NCBI GenBank assembly: GCA_031409655.1
Contig: JANNXQ010000107.1
Coordinates: 64,001 to 128,000 of the forward strand
Length of the DNA: 64,000 bases
Reading direction: 5' to 3'
DNA from: Chthoniobacteraceae bacterium
Lineage (GTDB): Bacteria > Verrucomicrobiota > Verrucomicrobiia > Chthoniobacterales > Chthoniobacteraceae
Position numbers and translations under genes: made by a program. The notes below the pieces were generated by a model, which was not told where the DNA came from, ran no database searches, and saw nothing but the letters and a program-made list of their open reading frames with translations. Shown piece after piece: positions 57,501-64,000 of this stretch (positions are counted from its first letter, which is position 1; every line of letters begins with the position of its first letter).

Positions 57501-60346
57501 GCCGTGATGGTGATGTTGGCGTTGAAATAGTTCGCCAGCACGGTGATCGCCGCCGAATTGGTGGCGGCGTTGTTGAGGGTGAAGTTCGTGTTGGGCGTGA
57601 TGGCAGTGACGCGGCTGTTGTTCGGGATGCCATTGCCGCTGACGAACATGCCCACGAGGAGGCCCGTGGTGTTCGTGCAGGTTACGGTGGTCGTGGCGTT
57701 GGTGGTGCAGCTCAGCGGCAGCGCTGCGCCTTGCACGATGTTGCCGACGGTGAGCTTGCTGGTGTCGGAGCACGTCACTGTGGCCGTCGCATTGAGCGAG
57801 CAATTCGTCGCCGTGGCGTTCGCATAGCTCTCGCTGAGCCGCGTGGTCCAGTTCGCGCCGCCGGCGGGCGAGACTTGGAAGGCCCAGCCGTTGTTCGAGA
57901 CCATGTCCGCATTCCGCACATAGAAATCAATGCCGCCCGCACTCGCGCCGCTCGCGTTGATGGGATTCGTGATCGTCGCCATTGTGTCCGTGTAGGTTGC
58001 GTTGCCGACGGCAAACTCGAGTCCGCAACCGCTCGCGGTGAGAGTCGCGGGCACGGCGGTGACGGTGGAGTTCACGGTGAAGCTCGTGCCATTGGTGATG
58101 GCGTTCACAAGGGGATTCGGCGGATTCGTCGTGAGTCCGCCGCCTGCGATCCCCATGCCGATGGCGAGTCCCGTGGTGCTCGCGGTGTTGATCGTGGGAC
58201 TCGTTCCGAGCGAGCAACCCGTGAGCGACACGCCCGCCGCCGTGAGCGACAGACCAGTGCCGGTGCCTGTCCCGATGTTGGTGGTGAAGGCCGTTGCGCT
58301 CGTGACCTGGCTGATCGTGGTGCCAGCCGCGATGCCGGAGCCGCTGAGGTTCATGCCTGGCCACAAACCGTTCGTGCTGGCGCAGGTGACGCTGGTGGTG
58401 CCGTTCGTCGAGCAGTTCGTGAGCACGACGGGCACCGTGCGGTTTCCGGTGCTGCCGCGCTGCTTCACATCCGTGGCGGCGCGATTGGCCGTGGCAGTCC
58501 AGCCGTTGATCGCGCCGGCGAGTCCGCTGGCGGTGGAGCCATTGGAGAAGACCTCGCGGAATACGGTGCCCGCGACCTGGGTGCCGGTGTTGTAGCTGAG
58601 TTGCACGCTGGAAAGCGTAGTGCCACTCCCGGGTGTGATGTTCGCGGTCACGGTCACCGCATCGGTATTTGTCGGCGTCGCGGGATTGCGTGACACCGAG
58701 TTAATGGTCGTCGGCGCGCCGACAGTGAGCACAAAGCTCGATGTCGTGATGAAGGTGCCGTCGTTCGCACTCAGGGTGATGGTGGCCGAACCATTCTGTC
58801 CTGCGGCTGGCGTGACATTGACCGTGCGGTTCGCACCCGCGCCACCAAGAACGATGTTTGCGGTGGGTACGAGTGTGGTGTTCGACGAGGCGGCGGCGAC
58901 CGACACGATGTCGGTGGATAACTCCGCGTCGCCGATGGTGAAGGCGATGGGTCCGGTGGCAACGCCTTGTGGAGTGCTGCGATTCGCCACGGTGCTGACG
59001 GTGGGCGGCGTGTTGAAGTCAACAAGTTGCGTCGCGAGCGAGTTGTAGGCGGCTTGTCGCGGAGCGGTCATCGAGCCGAAGCCGCCCGCGATGAGGTTCG
59101 TGCTTTCATACGGATCGGCGTTGAGATCGTAGAATCGCTCGGGGCCGTTCTTGAGCCGCGTGAGCTTGTATTGCGTGTCGCGCAGCACACGACCACTGTC
59201 GGAGAGATTTGGGAAGGCGAAGTCCCAGTAGTCGTCGAAGACGCGGGGTCGCGTGACGCTTTGGTTTTGCAAAACGGGCAGCAAGCTCTGCGAATCAACC
59301 GCCGTGCCGCCGGGAACGGTGCTTCCGACATTGATGCCGGCGAGTTCGAGCACAGTGGAGTAAAGATCGACCACATGCGTGAGCACCGTCGAAGTGCGGC
59401 CTGGGGACACCACATCCGGCCCGCGAATGATGAGCGGCACGCGGATGCCGCCTTCATAGAGCGAGGACTTGCCTCGATTCGCCGGGAAGGGCGATTGCAG
59501 TGTGGTCGGCGGCGTGCCGTTGTCTCCGACGAAGATGACCGTGGTTGTGCTGAGGTTCACGCCGGCGAGCAGGCGGCCAATCTCGGTGTCCAGCGCCTCG
59601 ATGGCGGCGTTGTAGTGCATGAGTTCGTTCCCCGTGACGGGCAGCGAGGCCCAGTTCGCCACGGTGGTGTCGTAGCTGTGCAAGGCATCCGGCGGCTTGT
59701 GATACGGATCATGCGGGGCATTGAAGGCAACCCAGGTGAACCACGGTCTGCCAGCGGCCGTCTGGGTGCTAATGAAGGCGAGCGCGTCATTGACGTTGTC
59801 GGTCGTCGCATACGTTGTGACCGTGCTGGCAGCCGCTGTCGCGCCGTTGCCGGTGACCTTTGTCCAATTATAGAAATCCGCAACCTCCGGGCCAGTCGCT
59901 CCCGCATACGCAGGCCAGCCACCGATCAAACAAGGTGCGGTATTGGCACCGCCGAGATGCCATTTGCCAATGTGCTTGAGCTGATAGTCCAGCCCGCCGT
60001 TCGCGGCGAACGCCTCCGGCAGCGTGAACTCCGCCGCCTTTAGCGCATTGTTCGACGTCGCACCGCCAACCACGTTCGCCGTGCCGGTACGGGAACCGTA
60101 ACGCCCCGTGAGCATCGCCGAACGTGCCGGCGAGCACACCGTGTAGCTGTAGGCATTGGTGAACTTGATGCCGTTCGCCGCGAGCGACGCGATGTTCGGC
60201 GTCGGCGCGAGTTGCGCCGTTGGAGACGAGTTGAAAACCACGCTCGCATCCGTGCCGAAGTCGTCGGCGATGATGAGGAGAATGTTATTCGATGCGTGGG
60301 TAGGCAGCGTGAGCGCCAAGTATAGAGCGAAGAGCGTCCTTTTCAT
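54566..60346 (-). CDS. Giant secreted sulfatase / Ig-repeat / multicopper oxidase fusion (1926 aa)
   Basis: Signal peptide; CSPAR; MFDDGLHGDG..GDGVY; BACON- and FN3-like modules; HWHG, WYHPH, HSFHIH, HCHFSNH. Confidence 0.88.
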   Translation of the reverse strand: MKRTLFALYLALTLPTHASNNILLIIADDFGTDASVVFNSSPTAQLAPTPNIASLAANGIKFTNAYSYTVCSPARSAMLTGRYGSRTGTANVVGGATSNNALKAAEFTLPEAFAANGGLDYQLKHIGKWHLGGANTAPCLIGGWPAYAGATGPEVADFYNWTKVTGNGATAAASTVTTYATTDNVNDALAFISTQTAAGRPWFTWVAFNAPHDPYHKPPDALHSYDTTVANWASLPVTGNELMHYNAAIEALDTEIGRLLAGVNLSTTTVIFVGDNGTPPTTLQSPFPANRGKSSLYEGGIRVPLIIRGPDVVSPGRTSTVLTHVVDLYSTVLELAGINVGSTVPGGTAVDSQSLLPVLQNQSVTRPRVFDDYWDFAFPNLSDSGRVLRDTQYKLTRLKNGPERFYDLNADPYESTNLIAGGFGSMTAPRQAAYNSLATQLVDFNTPPTVSTVANRSTPQGVATGPIAFTIGDAELSTDIVSVAAASSNTTLVPTANIVLGGAGANRTVNVTPAAGQNGSATITLSANDGTFITTSSFVLTVGAPTTINSVSRNPATPTNTDAVTVTANITPGSGTTLSSVQLSYNTGTQVAGTVFREVFSNGSTASGLAGAINGWTATANRAATDVKQRGSTGNRTVPVVLTNCSTNGTTSVTCASTNGLWPGMNLSGSGIAAGTTISQVTSATAFTTNIGTGTGTGLSLTAAGVSLTGCSLGTSPTINTASTTGLAIGMGIAGGGLTTNPPNPLVNAITNGTSFTVNSTVTAVPATLTASGCGLEFAVGNATYTDTMATITNPINASGASAGGIDFYVRNADMVSNNGWAFQVSPAGGANWTTRLSESYANATATNCSLNATATVTCSDTSKLTVGNIVQGAALPLSCTTNATTTVTCTNTTGLLVGMFVSGNGIPNNSRVTAITPNTNFTLNNAATNSAAITVLANYFNANITITAINPNVSFTLSTANFVSASGVTLASINHGFQSKHYDFGAGELTSTLKFRFQWSGSTATQPARNPTCDIDDISLTLTTGAAPQSVTMFDDGLHGDGAAGDGVYGATIPLQSAGANVSYTITATDSLGGTTTASGSYTVGTAAPVLAVTPATTLSAAGAAGSGTFTPSSITYTLTNNGTGTMSWIAGKTQSWLSLSSTSGSLAAGANTTVAASINAAANTLAVGGYSDTITFNNSTSGAGNTTRAVNLTVNSSTPPAMPVLAALPAYSQGASKTIAWSAVTGATSYTLQISATADFRTVLASQTVTNPTGSFANLANGVTYYYRALAMNNIGSSLYSNIVSSTQDTGAPLVAITSPASGTSTATNTITVTGTSSDAISGISKMTVNGVTASTVNGFANWNITVPLGFGTNGITAVAYDGAGNVKTTAPVLVTLTAAQTYNPLIIPEVMTGTTFDLNLHTATKQFLPGVATNTYAYNNMLFWGPTLIMDKGDWVQMNVTNNLADTTTTHWHGFHIPAIMDGGPHQTIPAGTTWRPSFKVDNNPGLYWYHPHLHEFTQQQLTRGGGGLIIIRDPEEAALSLPRTYGVDDIPLALTSRRFLTAGGNTNQFATANSAYGDYMVVNGTMNPQVTLPRQYVRLRILNAEIERSYNLGFSDGRTFYQIATDGGLVNAPIPLTRLVLAVGERAEILVDLTGATEGSTLDLQAFNSGQTVDFPGSEPTTVGQFGSQLNNTTFSILRINVGPATANPVTTRPTTLKTNAFWTGTDVTNDRALQITGGFNGATDWGFDNLPFSPSVINQTLNLDAVERWTITNNSAFSHSFHIHDIQFHMTGRTGGSNTGLKAFEAGWKDTLFIGRLQTVTFIAKFDGFASNTNPFMYHCHFSNHEDEGLMGQFLVVNNAIEDLAIASFTRTGDNSLIQLDFKATPGTTYTLQYSPNMTTGSWTDIGSVTSDGSSATFIETDPTRLGQARGFYRVTIPTIP

Positions 60347-60451
60347 GATGGTGTGGAATTCAGCTGATTCAGTTTGAGAGGGGAATGGTCTTGCCGAACA
60401 GAAGTGAGCGAAGCGGGCTCGCTTTGGCTGGCGATTCCAAGGCCCGCGCGA

Positions 60452-63400
60452 TCACTGGGTTGTGACCTTCACGCGCGCAAATTTCTGCCCAGCGGTGCCT
60501 GCGGCGGGCAGGATGCGCACCGTGACGTCTTCGGTGATGCCATCGCCGATGGGGACGATGCTCACGACTTCGTACGCGGCACCGGGCGATGGCCATGTTT
60601 GCAGGTCATTGGAGATCTCTACGGTGTAAAGGAGGTCGAGGGCTCCGATGCGCCGGGGATAGGTGACCTCCAGGTAGTTCAGACCATCGGCCGCTTTTGT
60701 GACAATCCCGGCAAAAATGGGATTCGTCTCGAAGGCGTTCGGGTTCGTGTTGAAGGCATACTCGAGCAGGTTGCTGCGCCCATCCTTCTCGATGTCGCCG
60801 AGCGGGCCGTCGATGGGCGCGCTGGAGTTCGGGTCGATTCCATTCGCGGTCTTCCACGAGTCGGGCAAGCCGTCGTTCTGGGTGCTGACGGGCTTGATGA
60901 CGGTGAGCGCACCTGCGCCGCTCGTGACGGAGCCGTTGGTGCTGCTGACGGTCACGCTGTAGTTCGCGGTATTGGTGCTGTTCAGGTTCGTCAGCGTGAG
61001 CGTGGCCATGAAGACGCCGTTCACAGGAGTGCCGGCATCGGTGATTTGGTAGTAGCTGTTCGCGCCGCTGATGGGCGTGTTGTTTTTCCTCCACTGCACG
61101 CTCGGGACTTTGCCGTAGCTGGTGAAGGGGGCGTAAAGCGTGATGCTGCTACCTTGTGGCAAGCTCTGCGTCTTCGGTGCCTCACCGATGTGGGGGGGAT
61201 AATTCTCGGGCGTGATGTTGGTGATGGAGGTCGTGAGCGCGGTGACGATCGCCGAATAGGATGCCGCATTGGCGCCGAGCATCAGGTCCGTGGTTTCATA
61301 AGCATCATCCGTCATGTTGAAGAGCTCGTTAATGACGGGCGTGCCCCTGGTGCGGATGAGCTTGTACATCTTGCTGCCACCGACCACCGGATCGGTGAAA
61401 ATGTTGAACGCCGCGGGTTTGGCGACGGAAGTCACGAGCGTCGATGGGCGCTGCGGGCCATCCGGGTTGCCGCTGTCAATCGACTGCAGCGCAGGCCAGA
61501 GATTGAGACCGTCGAGCGGCTTGGTGTTCTGTGGCGTGACACCGGTGGCCGCGCAGAGGGTGGGGAAGATATCGCCGATCCAGACGTACTGATTACTGAC
61601 GACTCCCGTAGCCAGCACGCCCGGCCAGCGGATTGCGGCTGGAGTATGGATGTTGCCGCCGTCGTAGCTGTCCTGATTCTTGGTGCCACGCAGCGGATCA
61701 TTGATGGAGCCGGTGGGTTCGTTGCCGCCATTGTCACTCATGAAGACGACGATGGTGTTGTTGGCGATGCCTGCGGTATCAAGCGCGCCGAGCACCCGAC
61801 CCATGGCAACGTCCATGCAGTCCACGGCTGCCGCGAGCGTGCGGCGTGCCGCATTGGTGATTCCGAGATTCTGATACTTCGTGATATAACTCTGCGACGC
61901 CGCGACGCCGGCATGGACGGCATTGAAGGCAAGATAGAGCAGCAAGGGTTTCGACGGATCACGATTCTGAATGAGTGACACCGCCTTGTCGGCGAGCAGG
62001 TCCGTGGACTGGCCGCCATTGCCTTGCAGATCGGTCGTTTCGTCCTGCGTGATGCCGTTGAGCCACCAATCCACGCGATTGTTGAGACCGGGATCGTTGG
62101 TGCGGTGAGTGAAATAATTGATGGCGCCTCCATACTGACCGTAGTGGACGTCCCAGCCGCGATTGTGCGGCAGGTAGGCATCGCTCTCCTGAATCACGGT
62201 GAAAGTGGAACCGTTGAGCGTGGCGGTGTTGACGTTGTTCGCCCACCCTCCGATGTGCCATTTGCCGCACATGTAGGTCTGATAGCCAGCGGCTTTGAAG
62301 GTCTGGGGCATGATGTGCTCACTGAGGTCCAGGCCGCGGTTATTGCCGGTGGCCGTCCGGATCGTATTGCGACCGGTCAGGAGGCACGCGCGAGTGATAC
62401 TGCAAACTGGGGTGGCGTAGAACTTCTCCAGCCGGATGCCTTTGGTCAGGAAGCTATCCATGTGCGGCGTCTGAATCGGCACTTCCCCGGGCGGCGTGTG
62501 ATACCCGATGTCGCCCCAACCCTGATCATCGGTGAGGATAATCACGATGTTCGGTGCGGTTGCAGTGGTGACGTTCAGGGTGAAGGCCTTGGTCGCGATG
62601 CGGCCAGCGCTGTCAGTGACTTTGATGGTGACGTTGAAAGCACCTTGCGCGGCGGTCGTGCCGTTGATCACCCCAGCGCCGCTCAAGTTGAGTCCGGCGG
62701 GCAGCGCTCCAGAGACGAGGCTCCAGACATTACCGCCCGAACCGCCGGTAGCGGCGAGCGTGGTGGAATACGCGACGTTCGGGGTGGCATTTGGCAAGGT
62801 GGCATTTGTCGTGATCATCGGAGCCGGGGCGGTCGTGTAACTGCCCGCTGAAGTCAGTGTGGTGGTAGAGGTGGTGCTGTCAGTCGCGCTGATCGAGTAG
62901 CTCACCGTGGTGCCGGCGATCTGCGCGGGTAGTTGCACGCCATAGACTCCATCGCCCGCGGCGCCGTCACCGTGCAGGCCATCATCGAACATCGTGACAC
63001 TCACCGGCGTCGCGCCGGTGGTGAGCGTCACGACGATGTCGTCGATGTCCACCGCTGGCGCACGCGCGGGTCCGACGGCACCGGAGTATCCGCTCATTTG
63101 GAAACGCATCCTCATGTTCGCGCTCATGTCGGCTGCGACGAGGTCGTAGCGCTTCAATTGGAAGCCGTGATTGATCGACGCGAGCGTGATGCCGCTCCCG
63201 TTGTAGAAGGCGGCGGCGTTGAGAGTGAAGAACACGTTCGGGGCGATGGCGCTGACCGTGGCGTTGCCGGGCAGGTAGTTCGCGGTAAGAGTGGAGGTCG
63301 CCGAGAGCGTCGCAGCGGCGCTGATGGTGAAGTTCACCCCAGGTGAGATCGCGGTGATGCGCGTATTGTTCGGGATGCCCGCCGTGTTCGGACCGGTGAT

Positions 63401-64000
63401 AAACATGCCGACCGCGAGGCTGCCGGTGTTGACCGTTGTCACGGTGGTGGTCGCGTTCGTCGTGCAACTGGCCACGGAGATCGGAATGCCTTGGATGGAG
63501 TTCCCGACCGTCAGCCCACTGGTATTGCTGCAAAGGACCGTCGCGGTGGCGTTGAACGTGCAATTGGTCGCCGTGCTCGCAGCGAAGTTCTCAGACATGC
63601 GCGTGTTCCAAGTCGTGCCGCCATCGGGTGAGATTTGGAAGGTCCAGCCATTGTTCGAGATCAGATCCGCATTGCGCACCCAGAACTCCACATTGCCCGC
63701 CGTCGGCGCGGTGGCGCTGATCAAGCCGGTCGTCGCCATGGTGTCGGTATAATTCGCGGTGCCGTTGTTGAACTCGAGCCCTGTGCCGCTGGCGGTGAGC
63801 GTGACGTTCGAGGCGCCGGTCGTGACGTTGTTGTTTAAGGTGAACGTCGTGGGCGGAGTGATCGTGGCGACGACTGGATTCGGCGGATTGGTCGTTGCAC
63901 CGGTGACGCCCATGCCGACGACGAGCCCATTGGTGCTCAAGCAAGTGACCGAATTACTCGCTGACGTCGTGGTGCATCCCGTCAGCGTCACGCCCGCTGC
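60452..64000 (-). CDS. Giant repeat/Ig/sulfatase protein, 5'-truncated by window edge
   Basis: Same repeats as neighbour; GALPAGLNL (He_PIG-like Ig); PNIVIILTDDQG..CSITR; QWRKN Ig; DGLPDSW. Confidence 0.88.
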   Translation of the reverse strand, partial: AAGVTLTGCTTTSASNSVTCLSTNGLVVGMGVTGATTNPPNPVVATITPPTTFTLNNNVTTGASNVTLTASGTGLEFNNGTANYTDTMATTGLISATAPTAGNVEFWVRNADLISNNGWTFQISPDGGTTWNTRMSENFAASTATNCTFNATATVLCSNTSGLTVGNSIQGIPISVASCTTNATTTVTTVNTGSLAVGMFITGPNTAGIPNNTRITAISPGVNFTISAAATLSATSTLTANYLPGNATVSAIAPNVFFTLNAAAFYNGSGITLASINHGFQLKRYDLVAADMSANMRMRFQMSGYSGAVGPARAPAVDIDDIVVTLTTGATPVSVTMFDDGLHGDGAAGDGVYGVQLPAQIAGTTVSYSISATDSTTSTTTLTSAGSYTTAPAPMITTNATLPNATPNVAYSTTLAATGGSGGNVWSLVSGALPAGLNLSGAGVINGTTAAQGAFNVTIKVTDSAGRIATKAFTLNVTTATAPNIVIILTDDQGWGDIGYHTPPGEVPIQTPHMDSFLTKGIRLEKFYATPVCSITRACLLTGRNTIRTATGNNRGLDLSEHIMPQTFKAAGYQTYMCGKWHIGGWANNVNTATLNGSTFTVIQESDAYLPHNRGWDVHYGQYGGAINYFTHRTNDPGLNNRVDWWLNGITQDETTDLQGNGGQSTDLLADKAVSLIQNRDPSKPLLLYLAFNAVHAGVAASQSYITKYQNLGITNAARRTLAAAVDCMDVAMGRVLGALDTAGIANNTIVVFMSDNGGNEPTGSINDPLRGTKNQDSYDGGNIHTPAAIRWPGVLATGVVSNQYVWIGDIFPTLCAATGVTPQNTKPLDGLNLWPALQSIDSGNPDGPQRPSTLVTSVAKPAAFNIFTDPVVGGSKMYKLIRTRGTPVINELFNMTDDAYETTDLMLGANAASYSAIVTALTTSITNITPENYPPHIGEAPKTQSLPQGSSITLYAPFTSYGKVPSVQWRKNNTPISGANSYYQITDAGTPVNGVFMATLTLTNLNSTNTANYSVTVSSTNGSVTSGAGALTVIKPVSTQNDGLPDSWKTANGIDPNSSAPIDGPLGDIEKDGRSNLLEYAFNTNPNAFETNPIFAGIVTKAADGLNYLEVTYPRRIGALDLLYTVEISNDLQTWPSPGAAYEVVSIVPIGDGITEDVTVRILPAAGTAGQKFARVKVTTQ

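Noticed and set aside
60400..60425. Weak hairpin between the giant genes as terminator
   Set aside because: Short imperfect stem and no U-tract in the transcribed direction.

Overview
GC-rich, gene-dense bacterial window. The style (sulfatases, DUF1549 fragment, pyrimidine-rich leaders lacking Shine-Dalgarno sites, large secreted modular proteins) suggests Verrucomicrobiota or another PVC lineage; this is inference only. Layout: (1) 0.1-8.2 kb surface-polysaccharide operon (three GT4, one GT2, SGNH hydrolase, WcaB-like acetyltransferase) plus a convergent GT-C-like membrane protein. (2) 8.3-15.4 kb thioredoxin, oxidoreductases, a GT4 and an EF-hand/redoxin/heme/Cu-monooxygenase fusion. (3) 15.5-22.9 kb NhaR-like LysR regulator divergent from HPF, tandem terC x2, CNNM/CorC, a voltage-gated channel with a TLDDW filter, and a Na:solute symporter. 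(4) 22.9-26.8 kb decayed prophage structural genes riddled with tiny repeat insertions and split by an AraC/SDR/TMEM175 block. (5) 27-32 kb TerB-like protein and secreted hydrolases. (6) 32-42.6 kb ten-gene candidate biosynthetic cluster (GH3 ligase, two GNAT-like proteins, two B12 radical SAM enzymes, desaturase, hydrolase, NTF2, Rieske oxygenase, PAP2), the best candidate for an undescribed system. (7) 42.8-64 kb HZS-alpha-like heme protein, sulfatases with atypical motifs, a collapsed pseudogene, cusAB and two giant sulfatase fusions, one carrying a multicopper oxidase with an axial Leu. Two genes carry in-frame REP-doublet insertions, and four probable secreted proteins share a C-terminal motif that may be a sorting signal. 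No rRNA, tRNA, CRISPR array or intact transposase was recognised. Product calls come from reading motifs; no database search was run.
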